Origin: Chloroflexota bacterium
GTDB lineage: Bacteria > Chloroflexota > Dehalococcoidia > Lucifugimonadales > UBA3495
Length of the DNA: 54,656 nt
Direction of reading: 5' to 3'
Assembly (NCBI GenBank): GCA_027623675.1
Contig: JAQBVF010000024.1
Span: 1-54,656 of the forward strand
Shown here one piece after another: positions 27,320 through 37,352 of this stretch. Both the position numbers and the translations under genes were made by a program. Within the stretch, counting starts at the first letter, position 1; each line of letters begins with the position of its first letter. The notes under the pieces were generated by a model. That model was not told where the DNA came from and did not search any database. It worked only from the letters and a program-made list of their open reading frames with translations.

Positions 27320-28731
27320 TGGCGAGAGAGATCCTACGCGCGCTGCTGCCCATCGCCGGACTGCCGGAGGCGCGCGCCAATGAACCGACACTCACCGGCG
27401 GCGGCGACCCGATAATCCCAACTCCCTTCCGGGTGGGGGACGCCAGCACGGCCGCCCTTGCCGCGGTTGGACTGGCCGTGTCCGACCTGTGGGAAACCCG
27501 CACCGGCCGCCAGCAGGAAGTGTCGGTGGATGCCCGCCGGGCAACGGCCTCGCTCCGCAGCGGCAAGTACCTGAAGATGGACAGCGCCGGCGTCTCCACC
27601 GATCGCAACCCCGTGATGGGCGTGTACCCGGCAAAGGACGGGCGCTGGAGCTACCTGCACTGCAACTTTCCCAATCACCGCGCTGCCGCCATGAGCGTGC
27701 TGGGCGTGGCCGAAGACAAGGCCGCCGTGACCAAGGCGGTGGCCGGTTGGGACGCGCTGGAGCTTGAGGAGGCCATCATCGCGGCCAAGGGCGCGGGCGG
27801 CATGGTGCGCACCATGGACGAATGGGCCAAGCACCCGCAAGCCGCCGCAATCGCCACCCTGCCCCTGCTGGAGATCGTCAAGATTGGCGAGGCCCCGCCC
27901 GAGGCCCTGCCCGAAGGCAGCCGGCCCTTGTCGGGAGTTAGGGTGCTGGACCTGACGCGGGTGCTGGCCGGGCCGACCTGCGCCCGCACGCTGGCGGAAC
28001 ACGGCGCCGACGTCATGAAGATCACCGGCGCGCACCTGCCGAACATCGGCTACCAGGAATATGACACCGGACACGGCAAGCTGAACGCCAACCTCGACCT
28101 GCGCGAGCAGAAGGACATTGAAACTCTGCACGGGTTGGTGCGGCAGAGCGACGTGTTCTCCCAAGGTTACCGGCCCGGCACTCTCGGCAGCCGGGGCTTG
28201 TCGCCGGAGGAACTGGCCGAGATACGGCCCGGCCTGGTCTATGTTTCACTATGCGCGTTCAGCCATGTTGGTCCTTGGGCGTCGCGCCGCGGCTTCGACA
28301 CGGTGGTGCAGACGGTCAGCGGCATCACCAGCCGCCAGGGCGACCTGTTCCCAGGCGCGGAACCCGGCCCCCAGTTCTACCCGGTGTCGGCCATCGACTA
28401 CCTCACGGGCTACCTGATGGCGTTTGGCGCGTGCGTGGCGCTGGAACGCCGGACCCGAGAGGGCGGCAGTTGGCTGGTGCGCATATCCCTGGCCCAGGTG
28501 GGACGCTGGCTGGTCGAGCATGGCCAGATCCCCGAGTCGGCCCTCAAGAACGTCGCCAGCGAGTTCACACCCGAAGAGATTGCAAGCTGGTCGATGGTGA
28601 GCGAAACGCCCATGGGCCGGCTGGGGCATCTGGCGCCGGTCATCGGCCTTTCGGAGACGCCGCCGCGCTGGGCACGCCCTTCAGTGCCGCTGGGCTACCA
28701 CGACCCGGTGTGGCCCGAGCGGAGCAAGTAG
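27319..28731 (+). CDS. Class III CoA transferase, two-module type
   Basis: Degenerate N-terminal module, then PLSGVRVLDLTRVLAGP, DVFSQGYRPG, RRGFD, AIDY; TAATG overlap with the upstream gene. Confidence 0.85.
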   Translation: MAREILRALLPIAGLPEARANEPTLTGGGDPIIPTPFRVGDASTAALAAVGLAVSDLWETRTGRQQEVSVDARRATASLRSGKYLKMDSAGVSTDRNPVMGVYPAKDGRWSYLHCNFPNHRAAAMSVLGVAEDKAAVTKAVAGWDALELEEAIIAAKGAGGMVRTMDEWAKHPQAAAIATLPLLEIVKIGEAPPEALPEGSRPLSGVRVLDLTRVLAGPTCARTLAEHGADVMKITGAHLPNIGYQEYDTGHGKLNANLDLREQKDIETLHGLVRQSDVFSQGYRPGTLGSRGLSPEELAEIRPGLVYVSLCAFSHVGPWASRRGFDTVVQTVSGITSRQGDLFPGAEPGPQFYPVSAIDYLTGYLMAFGACVALERRTREGGSWLVRISLAQVGRWLVEHGQIPESALKNVASEFTPEEIASWSMVSETPMGRLGHLAPVIGLSETPPRWARPSVPLGYHDPVWPERSK

Positions 28732-28756
28732 CCGCCGGACCTGAGGGCAGAGACAA

Positions 28757-28805
28757 AGAAGAACCCCCGTACTCCCAAGGGAGGGCGGGGGTTCTTCTGC
28801 TTTTA
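28757..28805. terminator. Intrinsic terminator
   Basis: AGAAGAACCCCCG...CGGGGGTTCTTCT followed by a T-rich tract, between convergent genes. Confidence 0.7.
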
Positions 28806-28833
28806 AAGGTGACCCGGTTCGGTTTGGCGTTGG

Positions 28834-29205
28834 CTACTTAGACCCGTACATGGGCTTGAAGAAGCTGTGCAGGTAGTTGCGGCCGTGGGCCCACGAGTGG
28901 CAGCGGCGCAGCACCGGCTCGGGGATCTTCTCACCCGACTTGTGGGTGATGCGGAAGGCTTCGTAATTTCGCAGCTCCGGCGGAACGTCCAGGGTAAAGA
29001 TCAACTCGCACTCTGACGCCTCCAAGAACAGCTTCAACGAATCGAAGCCCTTGGGTTTGGTGTTGGGAGTCTGGTAAACGAACAACTCGGTGGCGCCGAC
29101 CAACTCGTCCAAGTGGTCGTTGCCGTTGCCGCGGCCTCCGCCCTGACGCAACTGGGCCCGGGTGATACCGGAGCCGGTCAGGCTGCCTCGTCCTCGAAGT
29201 GTCAT
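28834..29205 (-). CDS. Hypothetical protein
   Basis: 123-aa ORF with host-like codon usage; SD GGGAG. Confidence 0.6.
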   Translation of the reverse strand: MTLRGRGSLTGSGITRAQLRQGGGRGNGNDHLDELVGATELFVYQTPNTKPKGFDSLKLFLEASECELIFTLDVPPELRNYEAFRITHKSGEKIPEPVLRRCHSWAHGRNYLHSFFKPMYGSK

Positions 29206-29325
29206 GGTAGATGCTCCCGCTAAGGCTTATGAGCCTGTCTTCACCTATGGTACCCGATCTGGAAGCCATGTTAGGCCGGCTACCCTTCCGTCCTCAGGAA
29301 ATCCGGCTATGGCGGCCGGTGGCGG

Positions 29326-30228
29326 TTAGGGGAATAGGGCCCAGCCTTCCATGTCGGTCTCGGCCTTGAAGAAATGACCCTCGGCGCTGGTCACGTATAG
29401 GGTGGAGCGCCCGGGACCGCCGAAGACGCAGTTGGTGGGTCGGATGCAAGGCACCGGGTGGGTCTCGATGACGCGGCCCTTGGGGTCGAAGACATAGATC
29501 AGCGGGCCGGGGCCGGACTGGGGCCAGCCGGCGGTGGCGACGATGTTGCCCTCACGGTCCAGACACATGCCGTCGATGCCGCGCTGGGCATGCCGCTTGT
29601 TGGTGCCAAAGGCATGGAGGGTGTCGTACGGGCCAAGGGAGCCGTCGTCGCGGATAGGATAGGCGCGCAGCTCGCGGTCGATGCTGGCGTCCTCGCTGTT
29701 GCTCTCGGCCACGTACAGGGTCTTGCCGTCGATGGACACTAGGATGCCGTTGGGCATGGTGCTATCGGTCTCTACCCTGGCCACCGAGTAGCTGCCGTCG
29801 GCTTGGGCGGTGGCGCAGAGCACGGCCCGGTGGTCCAGTTCTTGGACCTCGGTGGCGTCGATGTTGGTGGCGTTCCAGGGGTTGGTGAACCAGATGCGGC
29901 CCTGGCGGTCCACGGCCAGGTCGTTGGGGGTGTTCAGTTTCTTGCCCTCAACCTGGTCGGCGACAACCACGTTGTTGCCGTCGGGGTCGAAACGGAGGAT
30001 GGCGCGGCCACCGGAGCAGCAGCCAAACAGGTTGCCCTTCTCGTCGTGGGCCAGGCCGTTGGTGCGGTTCGTACCCTCGCGCCAAACGGTGATCTCGTCG
30101 GTCTTTACGTCGCAGCGCATGATGCGGCTGGCGGCGATATGGGTGAAGAGCAGGTTCTCGCCGTCCCAGACGGGGCCTTCTGTAACGCTGCCGTAGGGCT
30201 TGTTAAGCAACTGGAATCGCCAACTCAT
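29326..30228 (-). CDS. SMP-30/gluconolactonase family protein
   Basis: TEGPVW, TNGL, LNTPNDL, PNGI, IDGMCLD..GN, PTNCVFGG. Confidence 0.9.
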   Translation of the reverse strand: MSWRFQLLNKPYGSVTEGPVWDGENLLFTHIAASRIMRCDVKTDEITVWREGTNRTNGLAHDEKGNLFGCCSGGRAILRFDPDGNNVVVADQVEGKKLNTPNDLAVDRQGRIWFTNPWNATNIDATEVQELDHRAVLCATAQADGSYSVARVETDSTMPNGILVSIDGKTLYVAESNSEDASIDRELRAYPIRDDGSLGPYDTLHAFGTNKRHAQRGIDGMCLDREGNIVATAGWPQSGPGPLIYVFDPKGRVIETHPVPCIRPTNCVFGGPGRSTLYVTSAEGHFFKAETDMEGWALFP

Positions 30229-30399
30229 GGGCGTGTCCCTCCGTAACTCGTGAGTAATTCCGGGGCTGTTAATCTAGGCGCAGATTGTAGCAGACGGCAG
30301 GCACAGGCACAAACGGCAGTGTCAAAGCGCAGGGCGGGTGTATACTTTTTGGAGCGGCTGTTTTTAGGCGCTATCCGTATCTGAGGAAACTGGAACCCA

Positions 30400-31002
30400 T
30401 TGTCACGAGTTGGTAGAGAGATAATCGAAGCGGTGGTCCTGGCGGTGGTGGTGTTCATGCTGCTGCAGACCACGGTGCGGAACTTCAAGGTCGATGGCTC
30501 CAGCATGGACCCCACGTTGGAGGGCGGCCAGTACCTGCTGGTCAACCGCCTGGTTTACCAGCAGCTCGACCTGCGGCGGCTCTCCAGGATCGTGCCGTTC
30601 TGGCAGGTGGACGAGGAGTCTTCCCGGTTCGCGGTCCACGCACCCAAGCGTGGGGAGGTCATCGTATTCCGGTTTCCCCGGGACCCGAGCAAGGACTTCG
30701 TTAAGCGGGTGGTTGGGCTGCCCGGTGAAGTTGTTGAGATGAGAGACGGTACGGTGTTCATCAACGGCGCTGCATTGGATGAGCCGTACCTGTTCGAGAG
30801 TGACCATTCCAGCGCACCGCCGACACTGATGGGGGAAGGCGAGTATTACGTTCTGGGTGACAACCGCTCGCACAGCAACGATTCAAGGAGCTGGGGCGCC
30901 GTGCCGGAGGCCAACCTGCTGGGGAAAGTGTGGATGGTTTACTGGCCCGTGCCGGGAATGCAGATCCTGAACATAATGGACCGGATTCCCGGACTGGGCT
31001 AG
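30400..31002 (+). CDS. lepB: Signal peptidase I
   Basis: N-terminal TM, GSSMDPTL, FVKRVVGLPG, YVLGDNRSHSNDSRSWG. Confidence 0.92.
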   Translation: MSRVGREIIEAVVLAVVVFMLLQTTVRNFKVDGSSMDPTLEGGQYLLVNRLVYQQLDLRRLSRIVPFWQVDEESSRFAVHAPKRGEVIVFRFPRDPSKDFVKRVVGLPGEVVEMRDGTVFINGAALDEPYLFESDHSSAPPTLMGEGEYYVLGDNRSHSNDSRSWGAVPEANLLGKVWMVYWPVPGMQILNIMDRIPGLG

Positions 31003-31039
31003 TTTTTCTCGGGATTTTGGGCCGGGGCCTAGCGGCAGC

Positions 31040-31363
31040 CTAGCTGTTGGGCGGTCCGATTAATATGTCGTCACCCTCGATCTGCACCTGAAAGACGCGG
31101 ACGCTCGTATTGGCCGGCGGGGCGATCGGCTCTCCGGTGATGGCGTTGAACGCGCCGCCGTGGAGCGGGCATTCGACCTCCTTACCCCTCAATTCGCCGT
31201 CGGATAGGCACGCATAGGCGTGGGAACACATATCGTCGATGGCGTGGATGGTACCGTCGATGTTGGACACCAACACCTGTTGGTCGGAGACCTCCACTCC
31301 AATCATTTCACCGGGACGAAGGTCGCTTACCTGGGCCACTTTGACAAAGCCTGGGTCGGCCAT
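31040..31363 (-). CDS. Rieske-type [2Fe-2S] ferredoxin
   Basis: CSH...ECPLHG. Confidence 0.9.
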   Translation of the reverse strand: MADPGFVKVAQVSDLRPGEMIGVEVSDQQVLVSNIDGTIHAIDDMCSHAYACLSDGELRGKEVECPLHGGAFNAITGEPIAPPANTSVRVFQVQIEGDDILIGPPNS

Positions 31364-31475
31364 GATTATCTCTACTCCTGTGCCGGGTTGGATGCTGATT
31401 CGAATTATGTCACATTATAGGGGAGCGGCCGGGCCGAATTGAAGGGCAGGGCTGGTCAATTCGGGTCTGCGTCTG

Positions 31476-31505
31476 TGGACAGTCCGGTAAACCGTTATCT
31501 ATAAT
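31476..31505 (+). promoter_or_regulatory. Promoter of tRNA-Ser
   Basis: TGGACA-18-TATAAT. Confidence 0.6.
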
Positions 31506-31584
31506 GGCTGATGTCTCAGAGTTTTCGGCCACTTGCGGCATGCGGTGCAACCGGGTTCTCTGGGCGGGTTGATCCCGCCAAGCT

Positions 31585-31674
31585 GGAGAGGTGCCGGAGT
31601 GGACGAACGGGCGCGACTGGAAATCGCGTAGGGGAGCAATCTTCTCGCGGGTTCGAATCCCGCCCTCTCCGCCA
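31585..31674 (+). tRNA. tRNA-Ser (GGA)
   Basis: GGAGAGG/CCTCTCC-G-CCA acceptor stem, CGCGA-CTGGAAA-TCGCG anticodon arm, long variable arm, GGTTCGAATCC. Confidence 0.95.
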
Positions 31675-31755
31675 CCGTCTTCTGCCGCGGTATCCTCACC
31701 GAAGCCCATCTCTCCCGCCATCGCCGATCCCGAGCGCCTCCGGAGCCCTTAGTTT

Positions 31756-32199
31756 ATGGGAAAGTCTTGGCTGCTGATCGCCTTGTGTGTTTTGGCGGCC
31801 GCCCTCGTCGGTTGTGGTTCTGAGCGCGGGACCGTGGGCGCCCCGAAGCCGCCCACGCCGCAGGCAGAGGCGACGTACCCTCCCTTGAGGGCCACCGTCT
31901 CCACCAAAGCGCCAACGGAAACCCCTGCCGCCGTCCCGACACCGACGATGGTGCCTATCTTGAGACTGATGTCGGGGTGGGTTGTAACGGCGATTGAACG
32001 TAATTCAACGGAGATAGAATTGTTGCGTGTGCGCCATGAGAGCGGTGAAATCTGGGAGTTTGTTACCGATGGACCCATCGGTATAGATGCCGCGCACCTA
32101 TTGCTCCACCGCGATACCGGAGAAAGGGTTGAGGTAGGTTTCCTAGACCGGGACGGCTTTCTAATCGCTCTGGTGGTCAACGACCTTCCTACCCGATAA
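31756..32199 (+). CDS. Hypothetical lipoprotein, possibly truncated
   Basis: Lipobox LVGC, Pro/Thr linker, small domain with HL..H; coding-like sequence continues past the stop. Confidence 0.6.
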   Translation: MGKSWLLIALCVLAAALVGCGSERGTVGAPKPPTPQAEATYPPLRATVSTKAPTETPAAVPTPTMVPILRLMSGWVVTAIERNSTEIELLRVRHESGEIWEFVTDGPIGIDAAHLLLHRDTGERVEVGFLDRDGFLIALVVNDLPTR

Positions 32200-32748
32200 A
32201 CTGCTCCAACTTCCGCAGCGTTGCCAGTCCCAATCTTCATCGCGACACCGCCGCCAGCCAGCACCGGGCTATCGGCGCCTGTACCGGACATTCCCGATGA
32301 TTGGATAGCAACCACAGAATTAGGAGCCGTAACCGCGTACCTAGTTGATCGTTGATTCAACAGGGTTTGTTGAGATACCGCCTTTAAGCTCCGTTGGATG
32401 GGGAGCAAAGAACCTTTAAAGTGCCACCCTTGTTATCCATAACCAGGGCGCCACGTTAGCACGAACCGGTGAAATTTGGCTGGTGTCTGACCCGGCTGGC
32501 TACGAGGCACAGGGACCGAGCATTGGAGTCGGGATGCAGGCGTCCATCGTTGCTGATGATTGGCCCACTGTTTCAGCGGTTCCCTGAAAACGTGGTCACC
32601 AGAGCAATTTGGTAAATGTGCGCGAATCGGTTTCGATGTCGACGGAAAAGGAATCAGCATGCCCCTGCCCCATCCATGATTGGCGGTCGGAATCGAGATC
32701 AATCCCGGCTGTCGAAAATCACCGGGTAACCCCAAAATCACGTGATGG

Positions 32749-33741
32749 TCACATGCCCAGGCTCTTATATACCTCTGGGTTGGCGATCTGCTCCATGCGT
32801 TCGCCGTTCAGGCCGGCCACCAGGTTCCTGGCCGCCAGCAGATGCATCTCCCGGCGGGACCGGTTGGATGCGCTGCCGATGTGGGGCAGGATCACCACGT
32901 TGTTCAGGGCGAGGATGGGGTGGTCCGGGGGAACGGGTTCGGGGTCGAAAACGTCCAGGCCGGCGCCGGCGATCCAGCCTTCGTTCAACGCCTTGTAGAG
33001 GGCGCCGGTGTCGATCACCGCGCCGCGGGAGAGGTTGACCAGGATGGCGGTAGGCTTCATCTTCTTGAGTTGCTTCTCACCGATGAACTTGTGAGTTTCC
33101 GGGGTCAACGGCACGTGGATGGAAACGAAGTCGCTCTTGGCCAGCACCTGGTTCATTGAGGCGTACTTGAATCCGTACTCGGCCTCCAACTCAGGCTTCC
33201 TGGTGCGCGAGTGGTACATCACCTTCATGTCGAAGCCCAAGCCCCGCTTGGCGGTCTCCAGGCCGATGCCGCCCATCCCCAAGATGCCCAGCGTGCTCCC
33301 GTTGACCTCCGAACCGAGCCAGAACATGGGGTGGTGGGATATCTTCCAGTTGCCCTCCCGGACCCATTTGTCGCTTTCCACCACGCGGCGCGCGGTGGCC
33401 AGCAGCAGGGCAAAGGCCAGATCGGCGGTGGACTTGGCCAGGACGCCGGGGGTAAAGCCGACCATGATCTCCCGCCTGGTGGCTTCGGCGAGGTCGATGT
33501 TGTCCAGTCCCACGGCCACCTGGCTGAGTACCCTCAGTTTTGGCGCGGCGTCCAACAGCGGGCCGTCGATGCGGTCCATGACGTTGATGAGGGCGCCGTC
33601 CATCTCCGAGAGCGCCTCTTTCAGTTGCTCGGGAGAAGGCGGTTCGTCATCGGGCCACAGTTCCAATTCAGCCGACTTTTCGATGAGGTCGAGGGCGTCG
33701 GGGAATATCTGCCGGGTGACGTAGACGCGGGGTTTAAACAT
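32749..33741 (-). CDS. D-2-hydroxyacid dehydrogenase (glyoxylate/D-glycerate reductase-like)
   Basis: AVGLDNID, TPGVL, GMGGIG, SDFVSIHVPL, N.SRG, AGLDVFDPEP, PHIGSA. Confidence 0.92.
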   Translation of the reverse strand: MFKPRVYVTRQIFPDALDLIEKSAELELWPDDEPPSPEQLKEALSEMDGALINVMDRIDGPLLDAAPKLRVLSQVAVGLDNIDLAEATRREIMVGFTPGVLAKSTADLAFALLLATARRVVESDKWVREGNWKISHHPMFWLGSEVNGSTLGILGMGGIGLETAKRGLGFDMKVMYHSRTRKPELEAEYGFKYASMNQVLAKSDFVSIHVPLTPETHKFIGEKQLKKMKPTAILVNLSRGAVIDTGALYKALNEGWIAGAGLDVFDPEPVPPDHPILALNNVVILPHIGSASNRSRREMHLLAARNLVAGLNGERMEQIANPEVYKSLGM

Positions 33742-33917
33742 CGCCTAGATTCATCCTTTTCGTGGATTGGTGCGGCCGCCCCGTAATTGTAGCAAAGGAA
33801 CATCTGAAATTGATGCCTATCGCGGCCACAAACATGAGGCGCGAATGGCTGTTTCCGGTGGAATCCACGGTGCTATACTCTACTGTTGCCCGTGCCTTGG
33901 CATAGAAGCGTCAGGAG

Positions 33918-34883
33918 ATGATCATGGCCCTGTTTTTGAACGACCAAGAAGTGGCCCAACTGCTGCCCATGGACGAGTGCATCGAGGTGCTTGACCTGGC
34001 ATTCACCCAGGCGGGAGAGGGCAAGGTGGACAACCGCCCCAGGAACCGGATACGCATGCCGGGCGGGTTCTTCCACTTCATGGCGGCGGCCAACGGCGGG
34101 CAGGGTGTGTTCGGATACAAGGCCTACCCGTCGTTCAGCGGGCCTGGCTCAGCCAAGATGATCGTTATGCTGTACGACTATGAGACCGGCGGGCTGCTCT
34201 CATGCATGGAGGCGGGTCGGCTGGGGCAGATACGCACCGGGGCAGCCAGCGGTCTGGCCACCAAGTACATGGCCAAGCCGGACGCGGCGACGGTGGCGGT
34301 GATCGGGTCGGGCTTCCAGGCCCGCTCCCAACTTGAGGCTGTCTGCGCGGTCAGGGACATCAAGGGGGTCCGGGTGTTCAGCCGCCGGGAGGAACGCCGC
34401 GAGCGATTCGCCGAGCGCAGCAGCGAGAGTCTCAAGGTTGACGTTAAAGCCGTGGCCACCGCCCAGGAGTGCGTGGAGGGGGCTGATGTGGTGATAGTTA
34501 TAACCTCGGCCCGGGAGCCGGCGCTGCTGGGTGAATGGCTGTCGCCCGGCGCTCATATCAACGCCGCCGGAGGGAACCATTGGATGCGGCGGGAGATCGA
34601 TGAGGAGGCGGTGCTGCGGTCCGACGTGATTGTGGTGGATAACCTCGAGCAGGCAAAGATAGAGTGCGGTGACCTGCTATGGTTGGAACCCAGGGGCAGT
34701 TTCCGTTGGGATATGGCCCACGAACTGCAGGATGTCGTCGCGGGGCGGGTCAACGGACGCCCATCCGCCAACTCGATCACTCTGTTCGAGTCCATGGGTC
34801 TGGCGCTGGAGGATATCGCGGCGGCCAAGCTGGTCTACGACAAGGCCAAGGAACAGGGTATCGGGCAAGAACTTCCCTTCTAG
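33918..34883 (+). CDS. Ornithine cyclodeaminase/mu-crystallin family protein
   Basis: LGQIRTGAASG, IGSGFQA, GAHINAAG, ITLFESMGLALEDI. Confidence 0.9.
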   Translation: MIMALFLNDQEVAQLLPMDECIEVLDLAFTQAGEGKVDNRPRNRIRMPGGFFHFMAAANGGQGVFGYKAYPSFSGPGSAKMIVMLYDYETGGLLSCMEAGRLGQIRTGAASGLATKYMAKPDAATVAVIGSGFQARSQLEAVCAVRDIKGVRVFSRREERRERFAERSSESLKVDVKAVATAQECVEGADVVIVITSAREPALLGEWLSPGAHINAAGGNHWMRREIDEEAVLRSDVIVVDNLEQAKIECGDLLWLEPRGSFRWDMAHELQDVVAGRVNGRPSANSITLFESMGLALEDIAAAKLVYDKAKEQGIGQELPF

Positions 34884-34954
34884 GGCATAGAACGGGGTTG
34901 GCGAGTGATTCTGGCAATCATTCAGGCGCCGATGTTGGTAATGGTTGCATGAAA

Positions 34955-34983
34955 ATGGCGGCAGCTAAAGTAGCTGCCGCCAT
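34955..34983. terminator. Hairpin between convergent genes
   Basis: ATGGCGGCAGCTA-AAG-TAGCTGCCGCCAT. Confidence 0.7.
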
Positions 34984-35033
34984 AAACAATGGAATCACTT
35001 TCGTGGCTAGAGAGAGACTCTCCAGGGCGCGAT

Positions 35034-35228
35034 TTAGAAGCCGAGAGGGCCGGTGCGCCTGACGGGCTCGCTTTCCACCAGCTTTTGCTCGGTGCGTTGT
35101 TTCTCGGTCATGGCGGGGCCGGACAGCCAGTCGTAGGCTGCTACGATGCCCTCTTCCATGTGGTGAATCACTTCACCCAAGTGACGAATGTTCGAGTGGC
35201 CGTTGTTGTTCTTGTGTACTTTTTCCAT
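35034..35228 (-). CDS. Small hypothetical protein (64 aa)
   Basis: SD AGGGA, own near-consensus promoter, YDWLSGPAMT core. Confidence 0.6.
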   Translation of the reverse strand: MEKVHKNNNGHSNIRHLGEVIHHMEEGIVAAYDWLSGPAMTEKQRTEQKLVESEPVRRTGPLGF

Positions 35229-35326
35229 TGTGTTCCCTAGCCTTTGGACTTACCTTCCGGATGTACCGGTTAAGCCGGTTAAGTATGTAGTATTGCGATA
35301 ATGATATCGCTACTTAATCTTTATTT

Positions 35327-35355
35327 ATGATATACCAGACACCGTATTGTGTCAA
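35327..35355 (-). promoter_or_regulatory. Sigma70-type promoter of the 64-aa gene
   Basis: Minus strand TTGACA-17-TATCAT. Confidence 0.7.
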
Positions 35356-35797
35356 TGTATATTCCATGCCTGGTCCTATCTCATTTTGTGATAGTACGTA
35401 TCGCACCATAACAGGGTTGCCTTTTTATTCATTTCGCAACCATTCTCTGATATAAGGGAATCGATTGCTGAAAGCGTAACAATCTGCCCATAAATAGTGT
35501 GTTTTATTGTCAACTAAGAACTTCTTGGGGGAACAGACCCATGGAGCTTGCAGCATCCGGATCAGACAGCATCGGACACCAACCAGAAGTCGATTAGGAA
35601 GAAGCGGTGTGGGATCGCCCACTGCACCCGCGTGCCGGCCGGCCGGTTGACTAACATCTTCCGAGTTGCCGGTTCGGATGGTCAGGCTGTCGAACGGGGC
35701 GTCGGCCGCGAGTTTCTTCGCCGCCTCTTCGCGGAAGGACTCTGCTGAACGATATCCCGGAGAGGGGCCGGACTGCGGCCCCTGTGAACCCCAGGTT

Positions 35798-37204
35798 CTA
35801 GAGTCCCAGTTTGCCGGGGTTCATGATGTTATTGGGGTCCAGGGCTTGTTTGATGGCGCGGACCACGTCTTGGCCCACTCCCATCTCCCGCTCCAGCAGG
35901 TGGTTCAGCTTGACGCCCACCCCGTGGCAGTATTCCATGACCCCGCCCATGTCCTGGGCCAACTGAAGCACCTGTTCCACCGTCCGGCCCAGGCGCTCCC
36001 GGGACTCGGCGGGGGCGCCGGACTCGGGGGCGATGAGCATGGAGAAAAGCTCGGGCCGGGACCAGATGGCGTACTCGACGGAGCGCACTCCGGCTTGGGA
36101 CATGATCTGGTCAGCCTGTTCACGGTATTCCAGCACCTTGGAGATGGGGAGGCCGATGTGGAGGTAGTCGAAGCCACGGCGGCCACGCCACCGGCTCCAG
36201 CGCACGCTGCGGGGCTTGCCCAGGGCCGACGCCTTGTAATTCACGGCCGAATCGTGCCGGTGCTCCCAGTAGGTTGCTGCCGGGCCGGGTCCCGCCGGCC
36301 GTCCGCCGTGTTGGACGCAGACCGACATCGCCCGGTCGCGGTTGGCCTGGACGCCTTCTTTGAAGCCCTCGAAGACCAGGTGGAACATGATGCCGTCGTC
36401 TTCCTCTGTCAGGTCCACCAGGGTTGGGCGCACTCCCAGGGCGAAGATCTCGGCTGCCGCGTTGAACCCCTGGTCAAAGGTGTCGAAAGCAACGCCCTCG
36501 AATACCTGGGACTCGGGCAGACGGAACACTCGGACGGTCGCCTTGGTGATGACGCCGAAGACGCCCTCCGAGCCGATGAACAGGTGTTTCAGGCTGGGGC
36601 CGGAAGATTGATTGGGAACCGCCCTGGTCGTCATCACGCGTCCGTCGGGCAGCACCACTTCCAGCGCCACCACCTGGTCTCCCATGGGTCCGTGGGCGCC
36701 GGCCCGGTAGCCGACGCCGTTGGTGGAGATGGTCCCGGCGACGGTGGCGATGGGCACGCTGTAAGGGTCGTGCCCGGGCATCAACCCGTGGGGCAGCAAT
36801 GCGTTATGTAGGTTTTCCAGGACGACGCCCGCTTCCACCTCGGCGGTCATATCCACCGGGTTGATGGCCAGCACCCGGTCCAGCCGTTGCAGGTCCAATA
36901 CGATGCCGCCTCTGGCCGGGACCGTGCCGCCCATCACGCCGGTGCCGGCGCCGAAGGGGATGACCGGGGTGGCCGACCCGTTGGCCAGCCGCAATACGGC
37001 GCGGACGTCATCGGTGGAGCCGGGGCGCGCCACAACATCGGCCAGTCTATCGAAGGATGCTTCGGCCCCGAAGGCCCGGGTGGGTGAGAGAGCGTCGCCT
37101 GAGTAGCGGTCCAGGTCGTAGGGGTCGGTGAGGACGTTGTCCCGGCCCAACGCCTCGATGAGGGAATCGATCAGGGACGGGGGTAAGGCGTTATCTGGCG
37201 TCAA
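35798..37204 (-). CDS. FAD-binding oxidoreductase (GlcD/D-lactate dehydrogenase-like)
   Basis: PFGAGTG, VEAGV, IATVAGTIST, FIGSEGVFGVIT, HGVG, IKQALDPNNIMNPGK; TTG 37204 with SD GGAG preferred over the longer ORF that overlaps cysS. Confidence 0.88.
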   Translation of the reverse strand: MTPDNALPPSLIDSLIEALGRDNVLTDPYDLDRYSGDALSPTRAFGAEASFDRLADVVARPGSTDDVRAVLRLANGSATPVIPFGAGTGVMGGTVPARGGIVLDLQRLDRVLAINPVDMTAEVEAGVVLENLHNALLPHGLMPGHDPYSVPIATVAGTISTNGVGYRAGAHGPMGDQVVALEVVLPDGRVMTTRAVPNQSSGPSLKHLFIGSEGVFGVITKATVRVFRLPESQVFEGVAFDTFDQGFNAAAEIFALGVRPTLVDLTEEDDGIMFHLVFEGFKEGVQANRDRAMSVCVQHGGRPAGPGPAATYWEHRHDSAVNYKASALGKPRSVRWSRWRGRRGFDYLHIGLPISKVLEYREQADQIMSQAGVRSVEYAIWSRPELFSMLIAPESGAPAESRERLGRTVEQVLQLAQDMGGVMEYCHGVGVKLNHLLEREMGVGQDVVRAIKQALDPNNIMNPGKLGL

Positions 37205-37241
37205 GGTCGGCTCCGCTGCGTCCCGTGGCCCGCGGCGTGTC

Positions 37242-37352
37242 CCATCAGGAGTTGGGCCGGCACCGCCAGACGTTGCCCGCCGCCGAGGTTTCGGTTGGTG
37301 GAGCGTTCCATCAGGAGTTGGGGCGGTATTCCCAGATGCTGCCCGCCCCCGA
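37242..37352. repeat. Diverged tandem duplication of the cysS 3' end (66-nt period)
   Basis: CCATCAGGAGTTGGG...CCAGA.G.TGCCCGCC.CCGA at 37242-37286 and 37308-37352. Confidence 0.75.

Noticed and set aside
25296..28731. Genomic island integrated at tRNA-Ile2
   Set aside because: No integrase, no duplicated tRNA 3' end seen, host-like GC
31749..32408. 219-aa antisense ORF over the lipoprotein gene
   Set aside because: Low-complexity shadow of a Pro/Thr/Ala-rich frame with no SD
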